A DNA stretch of 64,000 bases from Bdellovibrionales bacterium. Lineage in GTDB: Bacteria; Bdellovibrionota; UBA1018. The notes below the pieces were generated by a model that did no database searches, was not told where the DNA came from, and worked only from the letters and a program-made list of their open reading frames with translations. The position numbers and the translations under genes are program-made. The DNA lies in the NCBI GenBank assembly GCA_016786465.1, contig JAEUWC010000021.1, forward strand, positions 13,786 through 77,785, read 5' to 3'. Positions 53,274 to 63,592 of the stretch are shown here, piece by piece (positions within the stretch are counted from its first letter, which is position 1; each line of letters begins with the position of its first letter).

Positions 53274-53296
53274 ACGGGTACTGCTTCCAAGCGGGG

Positions 53297-54619
53297 CTAA
53301 TAAGCGGCCGCGCGGATCCTTTCGATTTCTTCGCGATCTTTCGGAACGTCTTTTGTCAAAACTTCGCAGCCGTTGTCGGTGACCAAAATATCGTCTTCGA
53401 TTCGAATGCCGATGTTCCGAAACGCAGCTGGTGCGTCTTTGTCGGTTGGCTGAACATAGAAACCCGGTTCGATCGTAAAGACCATTCCGGCTTCCAAGCG
53501 GCGAGGTTCGCCGTTCAACTGGTACAGTCCCAGATCATGAACGTCCATTCCCAGCCAGTGACTGGTGCGATGTGGATAAAAGCGCTGGTATTCGTTGGAA
53601 CGCAGAATTTCTTCCGCGTTACCCTTCAATAGTCCAAGCGAAAGGCAGCCTTCGATCAGAATTTCGCAGACCCTGCGGTGAATGTCCGTCATGCGAACCC
53701 CAGGCTGGGTCATCGCGATCGCTTCTTTCTGGGATTTCAAAACCAAGTCGTACGCCTTGGCCTGAGCATCCGTGAATTTTTTCCCCACCGGAAAGGTGCG
53801 GGTGATGTCGGCCGTATAGTAATCCAGTTCACCTCCTGCATCGATCAAAAGAAGGTCGCCGTCTTTCAGAACTTCGTTATTCGAACGGTAGTGAAGACAA
53901 GTCGAATTGCGACCACCGGCGACGATGCTCCCGTAGCCGACGCGCTGACACCCCTGCTTGCGGAACTGATAGTCGATCAAGGCTTCGACTTCGAATTCGT
54001 TCATACCCGGGCGCGTTTGCTTCATGGCTTCCAAATGCGCCATTGCTGAATAATGTCCCGCCTTGCGCATGATCTGGGCTTCTTCAGGGCGCTTGAAGAG
54101 TCGCATTTCGCCAATCGCGGACGAAGGATCCAGAATCGGAGCCAATCCAGTTCCGCTTCGGCCTTGGCTTCTGCGCCAGGTTTCCAGCGCCGAAAGCATT
54201 CGACGGTCTTGCGATTCGTTCAGACCCATTCGGTAATAGACTTTCTCGCAGTTCTTCAAAATTCCGGGAAGGCGCTGATCCAATTCGCTGATCAGGTAGG
54301 CTTCATCGGCGCCAAAAACCTTCAAAGCGCCGTCGATTCCGTAGCGCTCTCCGTCCCACATTTCGCGTTCTTGATCGCGCTTGCGGACAAAAAGGATGGT
54401 CTTAAACGAATTTCCTTCGGGCGCTAGAACCAGGCAGCTTTCGGGTTCTTCAAAGCCAGACAGATAGAAAAAATTGCTTTCTTGGCGGAATGGAAACGGA
54501 ACGTCGGGGTTACGAAGAACTTCTTCGGCGGAAGGAAGAATGAAGCCCGCCGTAGGGTGGGATTTCATCAATTTTTGGCGGCGTTCTTTGAATTGGGGTC
54601 CGACGGATTGAAGAAGCAT
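53297..54619 (-). CDS. pepP: Xaa-Pro aminopeptidase (M24B)
   Basis: M24B consensus metal ligands, HWLGMDVHD. Confidence 0.85.
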   Translation of the reverse strand: MLLQSVGPQFKERRQKLMKSHPTAGFILPSAEEVLRNPDVPFPFRQESNFFYLSGFEEPESCLVLAPEGNSFKTILFVRKRDQEREMWDGERYGIDGALKVFGADEAYLISELDQRLPGILKNCEKVYYRMGLNESQDRRMLSALETWRRSQGRSGTGLAPILDPSSAIGEMRLFKRPEEAQIMRKAGHYSAMAHLEAMKQTRPGMNEFEVEALIDYQFRKQGCQRVGYGSIVAGGRNSTCLHYRSNNEVLKDGDLLLIDAGGELDYYTADITRTFPVGKKFTDAQAKAYDLVLKSQKEAIAMTQPGVRMTDIHRRVCEILIEGCLSLGLLKGNAEEILRSNEYQRFYPHRTSHWLGMDVHDLGLYQLNGEPRRLEAGMVFTIEPGFYVQPTDKDAPAAFRNIGIRIEDDILVTDNGCEVLTKDVPKDREEIERIRAAAY

Positions 54620-54651
54620 CGCCCTGATTTAGCGAAAAAGCGGTGTTATTT

Positions 54652-54690
54652 CAAGCTGTTCCAAATACAGGAACAGCTTGTTCCAAATCC
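54652..54690. promoter_or_regulatory. Perfect 11-bp inverted repeat plus direct repeat in the divergent pepP / HTH-gene intergenic region (putative operator)
   Basis: caagctgttcc-aaataca-ggaacagcttg, then gttccaaatcc repeating gttccaaatac. Confidence 0.45.
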
Positions 54691-54727
54691 CGTTGAAGGC
54701 CAAGGATCATTCTGCGATAAGAATTCT

Positions 54728-55537
54728 GTGCAAACGCCCTCAAACACGAACGAAACCATTGGAAGCGTCAAAGAATTTCTAGCCGAAGAGCTGGATCGAC
54801 GTGTGCGCTTAAATCCCCGATATTCGCTTCGCGCTTTTTCGCGCGACATCGGCCTAAGCCCCGGCGAGCTTTCCGAGATTCTGAATGGTAAGCGCCGCGC
54901 GACCGCCAAGGCCATCATCAAGATTTCTAAGAAGCTAGGATTAAGCCTAGCCGAAACCCAAAGACTTTTGGGATCGACCGCAATTCAGGAAATGGCCATT
55001 CGTAGCCAGATCGATTCAGCCGCGCCCCCGGAACAAGAACTGAGCCTGGACCTTTTTCGAATCGTTTCAGATTGGTACTGCTTTGCGATTTTGAACTTGG
55101 CTGAAACCCGCGATTTTCGCTTTGATCCCCAGTGGATCGCTGCCCGATTAGAAATTGGAACGACCGAAGCCAAGCTAGCGATCGACCGTTTGGAACGGGT
55201 CGGACTGGTTCATCGCGTAAATGGGCAGCTGCAACCCGACCCATCTTTTGTCATGTCGCCTTCTGGGATCCCATCCGATGCGATCCGAAGCTACCATCGC
55301 CAGATTTTGGAAAAAGCGATTCGCGCGCTGGAAACTCAGCCCGTTGAAGAACGTGACATCACGGGCGTGACCTTGGCGTTGGATCCGCGTGACATCCCGA
55401 ACGTGAAACAAGACATCCTGAAATTTCAGAACCAGATCGCCGAGCGCTATTCGAAGGGAAGAAAAACCGAAGTTTACCAAATCGAAACCGCTTTTTTCCG
55501 ACTGACCAAAGCTTCGGCTGCGAAAGGAAACACATGA
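54728..55537 (+). CDS. HTH-domain protein of the TIGR02147 (Fibrobacter/Bdellovibrio paralogous) type; GTG start inferred
   Basis: LRAFSRDIGLSPGELSEILNGKRRATAKAIIKISKKLGLS HTH. ~270 aa. ATGA-coupled to the next gene. Confidence 0.5.
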   Translation: MQTPSNTNETIGSVKEFLAEELDRRVRLNPRYSLRAFSRDIGLSPGELSEILNGKRRATAKAIIKISKKLGLSLAETQRLLGSTAIQEMAIRSQIDSAAPPEQELSLDLFRIVSDWYCFAILNLAETRDFRFDPQWIAARLEIGTTEAKLAIDRLERVGLVHRVNGQLQPDPSFVMSPSGIPSDAIRSYHRQILEKAIRALETQPVEERDITGVTLALDPRDIPNVKQDILKFQNQIAERYSKGRKTEVYQIETAFFRLTKASAAKGNT

Positions 55538-56952
55538 AGAATTTAAAGGTGCCTGCTACTTTCTTAGTCCGAATTTCGGTCGCCGTCCTAGTGGCCCTTC
55601 CGCAGACGGGCTTGGCTATCACCCGGGTCGGCAACGGTGACGACGGAAGCGACCTAGAAGGTTTCGAAGCGTTGACGTCGGGAAAGATTGTCGATTCGCG
55701 CGCCAAGGCGGTCGAATACTTGAAAAGTATGGGAACCCCTGGAATTCGCGGCTTGGGAAAACTTCTTCCCGAAGTAGAAAAAACCAGCCTGTACATAGCC
55801 AAGAAGGATTCGGGGAAAAAGCTGGAAGCGGATCAGGGAACCTTTCACGCCGATATGCGGGGACAGGTTTACGCGCGAACTTTTGCCGAAAGCCACGCGT
55901 CGACGCGTTTTTTTCCCGTGGCCGAAAAGCTGGATGAAGACCAACTGATTGCGCTTCATATTCATGAAGGGCTGCATCGTGCCCTTCACCCCAGTGTTCG
56001 CGAAAACGAATCCGTCGTTTCGGAAATGACGCTTTCGATTGTGAACCCCGACACTTCATACGATCAGATTGCAAGCACGGCAAATCGCCTGCTTCCCAAA
56101 GCCGCTGAATTCGATGCTGCCCCACAGATCTTGATCGCTGCGCAAGGAATGCAGGAAGCACCGGTCGCACCGGCGCCAGCGGGATCCCTGGCGGCGCAGC
56201 CTTCTGTCGTTTCGTACGAACATCGTTTCTACGACAATTCGCAATCCGGAAACGACCGATCGCTGGTCAACAGCATGCACCTGATTCAGGCGCATCTGTA
56301 TCCGTTTGGAAACCTTCGCGATTCATTTGGTCTTGGCCTAGATGCATCGATTGCAAAGCAAGAACGCGGATCGTTCATGGGTCCCCTAGGACTTTCCGCA
56401 AGGTATCGCCTTTGGTCGGGACGCGGGTTTGATGTCGCCGGCTTTGGTGCTCTTTCACTGAACATGCTTTCGCCTGACGAATTAAAAATGACCCGCTTCG
56501 GTCGTGACGTTGCAACCTTGGGGATCAGCATGCGCAAGGATCTTCCAAACAGTTACGTGTCGCTGGACCTGGGCTACATGCTTCCAGGCACTTCGGAAGA
56601 AAGAATCAGCAAAACGACCTACCAGTACGAATACGGCGGGGTTGTAACGACTTCCCTTCGCGTGGGAACACGAATTGGAAAAATTGAACTGGGCGGATTC
56701 GCGGACATCTTCTTGGCGGACTACGTTCGAAACAAAAGCGGTTCTGAAGTTTATTACGACACCGGAAGGTTTCGTATTATGTCTGTCGGTCCTGAAATCA
56801 CTGCCCGGATCAACGAATTTTTCGTCACGGGCTACGGTCGCTTTATCGCAAACGTTTCGCAAACCGATATCGACTTTAAAGATTTGGGTAACCTTCTTTC
56901 GGTCGGATCCGGACAAAGCACTGTCGGCGTTCGCGTCGGCCTGAGGTTCTAG
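55534..56952 (+). CDS. Exported protein with N-terminal HExxH (zincin-like) motif and C-terminal outer-membrane beta-barrel
   Basis: Signal peptide. ALHIHEGLHRALH contains HEGLH. C-terminal amphipathic strands ending ...VGLRF. Confidence 0.5.
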   Translation: MKNLKVPATFLVRISVAVLVALPQTGLAITRVGNGDDGSDLEGFEALTSGKIVDSRAKAVEYLKSMGTPGIRGLGKLLPEVEKTSLYIAKKDSGKKLEADQGTFHADMRGQVYARTFAESHASTRFFPVAEKLDEDQLIALHIHEGLHRALHPSVRENESVVSEMTLSIVNPDTSYDQIASTANRLLPKAAEFDAAPQILIAAQGMQEAPVAPAPAGSLAAQPSVVSYEHRFYDNSQSGNDRSLVNSMHLIQAHLYPFGNLRDSFGLGLDASIAKQERGSFMGPLGLSARYRLWSGRGFDVAGFGALSLNMLSPDELKMTRFGRDVATLGISMRKDLPNSYVSLDLGYMLPGTSEERISKTTYQYEYGGVVTTSLRVGTRIGKIELGGFADIFLADYVRNKSGSEVYYDTGRFRIMSVGPEITARINEFFVTGYGRFIANVSQTDIDFKDLGNLLSVGSGQSTVGVRVGLRF

Positions 56953-56954
56953 TC

Positions 56955-57608
56955 ATGAAAAACTTTTCGAAGATCATCATTTTGGTTTTTTCATACTTAA
57001 GTCTTTCGGCTTGCGAATTCGTCAGCGGAAGTTCGGGCAAAACCGTCACCGATAGCCAACAGTCACGCGAATTCGACGGAATTAAGATGATTGCAGAACA
57101 CATCACTGACCCGATTGACCCAGTATCCATCGATCGCGACATCATGGACGTGGGCCCTAGCAGTCATGTTCTGGTTCGTTACATGGAACTGATGTCGATC
57201 GAATCTGACTTCAGAACTGAATCCGGTCACAAAGTCGAATTGACTTTGGGGACGAATCAAAAGCCCGAAGAAGTCATCAAGACCCTCAAGGCCTGCCCGA
57301 TCACCCAGCTTTGGAATATGCGTGCAACCTGGAACCATCCTTTCGGGTTTCGAAAACAGGGATGGACGCCGGGCGGTGCCTTGGACACCGGAATGTGCGC
57401 AACCGCCACTTTGGTTAAGACTTCGTCTGGGGTTGCGACGGGCGAAATCAGTTTCGACATTACTCCGTGGCTGTTGAACTACGTTCGCGCAAAGCGAATC
57501 AACTATGGCCTTGCGCTGATTTCTGATCTTTCAGTAACTGTTTACGGAAACCAAGACAGCACGCGTTCCCCGCGTATTAAATGGATTAAAACGACGACTA
57601 GCCGCTAG
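56955..57608 (+). CDS. Lipoprotein, hypothetical
   Basis: Lipobox LSAC after a signal peptide. Confidence 0.5.
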   Translation: MKNFSKIIILVFSYLSLSACEFVSGSSGKTVTDSQQSREFDGIKMIAEHITDPIDPVSIDRDIMDVGPSSHVLVRYMELMSIESDFRTESGHKVELTLGTNQKPEEVIKTLKACPITQLWNMRATWNHPFGFRKQGWTPGGALDTGMCATATLVKTSSGVATGEISFDITPWLLNYVRAKRINYGLALISDLSVTVYGNQDSTRSPRIKWIKTTTSR

Positions 57609-57705
57609 TGCGGGTCATTCACGACACATCTATTCGACCCGAGGAAATCCCGTCATCATTGAAACTGTGCCGTACCTGTTTAGTTCGGACGGCCCAGGGG
57701 GAGTC

Positions 57706-58350
57706 ATGAAGGTTTATCGTACATTGGTAGTGGGTCTGACCGTGTTCGGCCTAGGTTCAGTCGTGATCGCGGAAAAGAACGCGGACGCATTTTTAGGTCG
57801 GAAAGCATTCCAAAAATGGAAGGCCAAGCGCGCCGAACGTAAAGCGGCCGGAAAGCCAGTCCTTTTTGGTAAACTGGGTGAACGCTTGAAACAGCGCCGC
57901 GCGGACCGAAGCGCGGCAAAGGACCAGTGCAAAGATCAGAAGGGTTTTGCCAAAATCCGATGCGTGCAGCAAACCGTTCGCGGAATGCGCCAGGATCGCC
58001 GCGCCGAAAACGGTGGCGGTGCTTTTGCGAATTTCCGAAACGGCCAACGCATGCTTGGGCGTGGAATTCAAAACGGAAACATCACGGCGCAGGAACAAGC
58101 TGATCTACAGGCCTTTCGAAATGCCAACAACACTCAGCGCCAGGACCTGCGCCAGCAATACATGTCTGACGGTAGAATGTCGGTCCAAGAGCGGATCGCC
58201 TTTCAAAAGCAGATGTACCAAAACAACAAAGCGTACCGCCATCGCGTTCGAGACGCCTATCGTTCACCAGCTGGACAACTTCAAAGTGTTCCTGTGACTA
58301 GCCAGGGCACGACGAGCAACGTCGGCACCGGTGGCCAGGATGGCGGCTGA
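57706..58350 (+). CDS. Secreted basic Gln/Arg-rich hypothetical protein
   Basis: Signal peptide MKVYRTLVVGLTVFGLGSVVIA. Confidence 0.45.
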   Translation: MKVYRTLVVGLTVFGLGSVVIAEKNADAFLGRKAFQKWKAKRAERKAAGKPVLFGKLGERLKQRRADRSAAKDQCKDQKGFAKIRCVQQTVRGMRQDRRAENGGGAFANFRNGQRMLGRGIQNGNITAQEQADLQAFRNANNTQRQDLRQQYMSDGRMSVQERIAFQKQMYQNNKAYRHRVRDAYRSPAGQLQSVPVTSQGTTSNVGTGGQDGG

Positions 58351-58360
58351 TTTTTCTAAA

Positions 58361-59467
58361 TTAGCTTGAAGCGCTGAGAACGCCTCGACGAACTTGGTCG
58401 CGTTCGATTGCTTCGAAAAGCGCTTTGAAATTGCCTTCGCCAAATCCTTTGTTCCCTTTTCTTTGAATGAATTCAAAGAAGAAAGGCCCTAGAATTTCTT
58501 CAGAAAAGATCTGAAGCAGGTAACCTTCGCCTTCGCCATCCAGCAAAATGCCCAGGTCTTCCAATTGGTTCAGGTCTTCGGTGACGCCCGGAACGCGGGT
58601 CGGTACCACTTCGTAATAAGAATGCGGAACGGTTAGAAACTTAAAGCCATTGGCGCGCAACTTAGAAAGCGTGTCGATGATTCCGGTAGTCAGAAACGCC
58701 AGGTGTTGTACGCCAGGGCCTTTCAAACGTTCGACGAATTCCTGAACCTGGCTTGCCGGTTCGGTAGCTTCGTTGATCGGTACAGTGATCTTGAAATCGC
58801 GCGACTGAACCACATCAGAAATCAGACCCGTACGACCGGTGGTGATATTGAAATGACGAGTGACGGTGAAATCAAAGACCTTCTTGTAGAATTCAACCCA
58901 CTTCTTCATTTCGCCAATCGATACGTTATTCGTCAGGTGGTCGATCACGCGGATGCCAAATGGCGACGGGCTTTCTAGACGCGAAACGATCAGGTCTTCG
59001 TCAAACAAGAACCCAGACGTCAGCGATTTCGAACTTTTTCTTTCAATGAAAGCATAGCGAAGATTTCCCGGGGTCCAGATTTCTGCACGAACCAGGCGGC
59101 CTTCTGTCGTTTCAATCGTTTTCGGTTCCATGGCCGAACGAGCCCCGTTCGCCAATGTCGCTTGGTAAGCGGCCTTGGCATCGGACACGTCGACTGCCAA
59201 AACGCAAACACCTTCGTCTTGGGCGTCCAGGAACTGAACGGCTTTGTCGGACTTGGACTGCGGAAGCCCCAGCGATTCAGTCAGAAGAATACGCACGTAC
59301 CCTTGGGCATAAACCACCGTGCGGGTGCCGCGATTTTCTGAACGCCTTTCACCGATTTTCTCAAAGCCCATGCGTGTGTAAACGCCTTCGCGTTCACTGA
59401 TCTTTCGAACGATGAATTCGACGTGATCAAACCCTTGGTTTTGAATTTTAAATTCGGCGGCGGACAT
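58361..59467 (-). CDS. hppD: 4-hydroxyphenylpyruvate dioxygenase
   Basis: Two VOC/glyoxalase-like domains. C-terminal ...FFEFIQRKG..GFGEGNFKALFEAIE consensus. Confidence 0.85.
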   Translation of the reverse strand: MSAAEFKIQNQGFDHVEFIVRKISEREGVYTRMGFEKIGERRSENRGTRTVVYAQGYVRILLTESLGLPQSKSDKAVQFLDAQDEGVCVLAVDVSDAKAAYQATLANGARSAMEPKTIETTEGRLVRAEIWTPGNLRYAFIERKSSKSLTSGFLFDEDLIVSRLESPSPFGIRVIDHLTNNVSIGEMKKWVEFYKKVFDFTVTRHFNITTGRTGLISDVVQSRDFKITVPINEATEPASQVQEFVERLKGPGVQHLAFLTTGIIDTLSKLRANGFKFLTVPHSYYEVVPTRVPGVTEDLNQLEDLGILLDGEGEGYLLQIFSEEILGPFFFEFIQRKGNKGFGEGNFKALFEAIERDQVRRGVLSASS

Positions 59468-59526
59468 CAGAAATCCTCTTAAAATCTGGCCAAGCGCATT
59501 TTGGCTCGGCCAATACTTTCCTTCAA

Positions 59527-61554
59527 TTAATGCGTCATCCGGGTTGTGCCGGATTCAGTTGGGTTTTCACCTGTTCCAGGCGGCTGCGTGACCAAGCCCT
59601 GACGAGCCGTCACTTCTTCAATCGACTGTTGCAAGTGTTTCGACTGGCGATCCATGTCCATGTAAGTGTAACCGTGCAGAACTTCTTCGTAGAAGTTTTG
59701 AAGATCGACACCTTCACGGGGCTTGATTGCTCCTTCGCGAACTTTGGTATCGATTTGTTCCTTCATGCGTTTAGCAAGATCGGTCGAACTGTACTGAATC
59801 CAGGACAGAACGCCTGCGATGTTGTTCCCCTTGATGACTTCTTCAATGTAGTAGCCACCCGGTTCGGTTTCGTCCAAGAAGACGTGAACTTCATTCACAC
59901 GACCGAATAGGTTGTGAAGGTCGCCCATGATGTCCTGGTACGCGCCCATCAGGAAGAACCCCAAGTAGTAGGGTTCGTTTGCTTTCAATGCATGAAGCGG
60001 AAGAGTGTCCTTGATGTCGCGAAGGTCGATGAACTTATTCACCTTGCCGTCGGAATCACAGGTGATGTCGACCAACGTCGTCGTCCGCGCGGGTTCTTCA
60101 TCCAGACGATGAATCGGAACAATCGGGAACAACTGCTGAATCGCCCAGTGATCCGGCATCGACTGAAAGATCGAAAAGTTACACAGGAACTGATCGGCCA
60201 GGTGCTTGTTCAATGCTTCAACTTCATCTGGGACGTACTTTAGGCCCGACGCATTCTTGTACAGAACTTTGCAGATCTGCCAAAAAAGGTATTCAACCTT
60301 GGCTTTGTCTTCCAAAGACAGAATGCCCAGCTTGAACATCGACAGCGCTTCTTCTTTTCGTTGAAGAGCATCGTGATAATGTTCCAGCAAGTTCTTTTGG
60401 GTCAGGTTGTGCATCAGATAACGCATTTCCTTGACCACATCTTCTTCATCTGGACTTTCGTCCAAACCAATCGGCGTTGCACCGACTTCGATCGAACCGA
60501 AAACGTTTACGATCAAAGCCGAATGGTGCGCGACAATTGCGCGACCACTTTCGGTGACGATGTTCGGTTCTGGAACTTCTTCAGCCTGACAAATTTCCAG
60601 GATCGAATACACGACGTCGCTGACGTATTCCGATAGCGAGTAGTTGATCGAGCTATCGAAGTTCGTACGAGATCCGTCGTAATCGACGCCCAATCCGCCG
60701 CCGACATCCAAGAATTCCAGATTCAAGCCCATTTTGCGAAGCTTCGAATAGATCCGGGTTCCTTCTTTAACGGCGTCCTTGATCGACTTGATGTTGGTGA
60801 TTTGTGAACCGATGTGGAAGTGCAGAAGTTTGAAGCTGTCTTGCAATCCTTCTTGGCGAAGGATGTTCACGGCTTGCAGAAGTTCTGGGGTGGTCAGGCC
60901 GAATTTCGCGAATTCGCCGCCGGAAGTTTCCCACTTGCCGCTGCCTTTGGAATAAAGCTTCGTGCGAATGCCGATCAAAGGCGTCACACCGACTTCCTTT
61001 GCAACGGTAATGACCTGGTAAAGTTCGCTGAGCTTTTCAACGACTACGATCACGCGCTTGCCCAGCTTGATCCCCATCATCGCCGTTTTGATGAAAGCGT
61101 AGTCCTTGAAGCCGTTACAGATGATCAAGGAATTTGGCGTGGTCGGCATCGAAATCACGGCCGTCAATTCGGCCTTCGATCCGGCTTCCAAGCCGTAGTC
61201 ATAAGGGCGTCCAGCGTCTAGGATTTCTTCGACGACTTCGCGCATCTGGTTCACCTTGATCGGGTAAACGCCTTGGTATTTTCCTTTGTAGCCGTGTTCC
61301 GCGATGGACTTGCGGAAAGCTTCGTTCAAAGTCACCACCCGGTGGCGGATGATGTCCTGGAATCGGATCAGGACTGGAAGCCCTAACCCCTGTGATCGGA
61401 CTTCTTCGATCACGGAAAGAAGATCAATCCCTGGGCCTTCGCCTCGACGCGGGTGAACGGTCATGTCGCCGGCCGGGTTGATACTGAAATACTGGTCCCC
61501 CCAGCCCTCGATATTAAACAGCTTTAAAGAATCGGAGACTCCCCAACTTCTCAT
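59527..61554 (-). CDS. speA: Biosynthetic arginine decarboxylase
   Basis: 675 aa. PLP-dependent Orn/DAP/Arg decarboxylase family with the SpeA-specific N- and C-terminal regions. Confidence 0.85.
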   Translation of the reverse strand: MRSWGVSDSLKLFNIEGWGDQYFSINPAGDMTVHPRRGEGPGIDLLSVIEEVRSQGLGLPVLIRFQDIIRHRVVTLNEAFRKSIAEHGYKGKYQGVYPIKVNQMREVVEEILDAGRPYDYGLEAGSKAELTAVISMPTTPNSLIICNGFKDYAFIKTAMMGIKLGKRVIVVVEKLSELYQVITVAKEVGVTPLIGIRTKLYSKGSGKWETSGGEFAKFGLTTPELLQAVNILRQEGLQDSFKLLHFHIGSQITNIKSIKDAVKEGTRIYSKLRKMGLNLEFLDVGGGLGVDYDGSRTNFDSSINYSLSEYVSDVVYSILEICQAEEVPEPNIVTESGRAIVAHHSALIVNVFGSIEVGATPIGLDESPDEEDVVKEMRYLMHNLTQKNLLEHYHDALQRKEEALSMFKLGILSLEDKAKVEYLFWQICKVLYKNASGLKYVPDEVEALNKHLADQFLCNFSIFQSMPDHWAIQQLFPIVPIHRLDEEPARTTTLVDITCDSDGKVNKFIDLRDIKDTLPLHALKANEPYYLGFFLMGAYQDIMGDLHNLFGRVNEVHVFLDETEPGGYYIEEVIKGNNIAGVLSWIQYSSTDLAKRMKEQIDTKVREGAIKPREGVDLQNFYEEVLHGYTYMDMDRQSKHLQQSIEEVTARQGLVTQPPGTGENPTESGTTRMTH

Positions 61555-61698
61555 CCTTTGTATCCCTCTGAGCTCGCTACTATCCTGATTACCGCGTCAC
61601 ACCTATCACCCAGGGTAGACCCCGAAAAGCGAAAAGGTCGGGTTGCCCAAAAATGTCCGGGCCTTTGGGACCAGCCGAAGACCTGGTATCGTAAAAGA

Positions 61699-62514
61699 AT
61701 GCCTCAGACCGTCTTAGTCACCGGAGCCACCGATGGAATTGGACTAGAAACCGCGAAGCAGCTGGCTAGGCGCGGGTTTCGGGTGATGGTCCACGGCCGA
61801 AATCCAAAGCGTCTTGAAACCTGCCTTCACGAAATCCGGTCGGCTGCTCCCGGAACCGAACTGGAACCCTGGCTGGCCGACTTCGGAAGTCTGGATCAAG
61901 TCCGGAAAATGGGTGAATCAATCGTTCAATCGGGTTCAAAACTGGATGCAGTCATTCACAACGCCGGCGTCTTCATGAATCAGTACGAAGAAACGCAAGA
62001 CGGCTTTGAAACGACCTTCCAGGTGAATCATCTGGCCCCTTTCCTACTGACCTGCGCGCTTCGCGAAAGCCTGAACCCCACCGCGCGAATCATTGTGGTC
62101 AGTTCAATCGCCCATTGGCGGGGACAAATGAACTGGAAAGACTTGAACCTAAAAAATGGCTTCACCGCATACGGCGCTTACGCGGCATCCAAGCTATGCA
62201 ATGTTCTATTTGTAAATGAACTTCATAGAAGAAATCAGGGTACCCCGCTTCAAGCCTATTCGCTTCACCCCGGCGTGATTTCGACCAAGCTTCTTCGCGC
62301 GGGCTTCAGCGTCGTTGGATCCCGGGTCGAAGAAGGAGCGCAAACCAGCGTCTACCTGGCGTCGGAAAACTTAGATCCTGCTTGGAATGGTGAATACTTT
62401 GTCGACAGCAAAGTCGCTGAAAAAAGCCCGAATGCTCAAAGTCCCGAGTTTGCCGAGCGCCTTTGGGAAAAATCAGTTTCGTTGACGGGCGCTGATTGGC
62501 CGCCAAAATCATGA
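61699..62514 (+). CDS. Short-chain dehydrogenase/reductase (retinol-dehydrogenase-like)
   Basis: TGATDGIG Rossmann motif. Catalytic YAASK. Confidence 0.75.
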   Translation: MPQTVLVTGATDGIGLETAKQLARRGFRVMVHGRNPKRLETCLHEIRSAAPGTELEPWLADFGSLDQVRKMGESIVQSGSKLDAVIHNAGVFMNQYEETQDGFETTFQVNHLAPFLLTCALRESLNPTARIIVVSSIAHWRGQMNWKDLNLKNGFTAYGAYAASKLCNVLFVNELHRRNQGTPLQAYSLHPGVISTKLLRAGFSVVGSRVEEGAQTSVYLASENLDPAWNGEYFVDSKVAEKSPNAQSPEFAERLWEKSVSLTGADWPPKS

Positions 62515-62619
62515 CTGTTGCGCCGCATTGAAAATCTGTCATTCTCTTTTCCGTGCTGCTCGTCTGGATCTATTGGTGCATCATTTAAATACAAACCGAA
62601 AAAGGTCTGGAGGCCACTC

Positions 62620-63498
62620 ATGAAGAGTTTCATCTCGTTCGTCGTGTTTTTTGTTTTGGGTTCAAGCGCGTGGGCGCAAGGCGTTCGCGCTGTAGCTGGT
62701 GGAAATTACAGTCACACTTTGATGACTGGCTTAGGTGTCGCGCACCCTTCAGCGACTACAGCCATCGGCACAAACCCTGCCGGTCTGATCTATAACAATG
62801 GGATGCGTCTTTCGCATACGTCTGCGATCGACGATACGCGCTCGGGTGTCATTGGCCAGCAAGGTCTTTTGGTGGGTGGAAACGGCTTCTTTGGCGCAGC
62901 CCTTGGAATTTCGGATTACGAAAACTTGGCGGCAGATAAAAGCGGTTTCCCTTCAGTCGGCGTAGGCACGCTGGCCCAAGCCGGTTGGGCAGGACATATT
63001 CAAAAGTCCCGTTTCGCATTCGGCATGAGCATTGTAGCCCCACTGACGGGTAGCCGCATGATCGTCAACAGCGGAAGTTCGACCGTCAACCAGCCCTTGC
63101 CTTCCTATTCCGATCGCGGCGCAAGCGTGAATGCCGGAGTGATTTTTGATCCGATGGGGTCAACCCGTTTCGGATTCACGGCATACCAATTCGGGGACAA
63201 GTTCGAAAGCTTCGGTCTAGGGTTTGCGCACGACATGTTGGATAACTTCACTTTCGTGGTCGACATCAGCTATTCGAAAGCTTCGAAAACAGCTGAAGTT
63301 GTGCCTGGAATCAACTTTTCTACTCCTTACTTTTCGTTGGCTGCTGCGTACGGTTCGAAGTTCATGGGCGAAGGCTGGGGATATGCTCGGGATGGATTCA
63401 GCGGTGGTATCGGTTTCACGATGTTGAAAGAACTGAGCATCACGGCGTCTTATCACCAAGTGCAGGCCTTCACTTTGGGCCTGACCGCGCAGATGTAA
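62620..63498 (+). CDS. Outer-membrane beta-barrel protein, hypothetical
   Basis: Signal peptide MKSFISFVVFFVLGSSAWAQG. GGAGG SD. Gly/aromatic-rich strands. Confidence 0.5.
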   Translation: MKSFISFVVFFVLGSSAWAQGVRAVAGGNYSHTLMTGLGVAHPSATTAIGTNPAGLIYNNGMRLSHTSAIDDTRSGVIGQQGLLVGGNGFFGAALGISDYENLAADKSGFPSVGVGTLAQAGWAGHIQKSRFAFGMSIVAPLTGSRMIVNSGSSTVNQPLPSYSDRGASVNAGVIFDPMGSTRFGFTAYQFGDKFESFGLGFAHDMLDNFTFVVDISYSKASKTAEVVPGINFSTPYFSLAAAYGSKFMGEGWGYARDGFSGGIGFTMLKELSITASYHQVQAFTLGLTAQM

Positions 63499-63550
63499 GT
63501 GAGTTAGTCACTTAGTTAATGAATTAAACAATCTCTGTTGATCTTTTCGG

Positions 63551-63592
63551 CCCCGCGTTTCGTCAAAAAACGAACGCGGGGTTTCTTTTTTT
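63551..63592 (+). terminator. Intrinsic terminator
   Basis: ccccgcgtttcg-tcaaaaaa-cgaacgcgggg followed by TTTCTTTTTTT. Confidence 0.75.
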
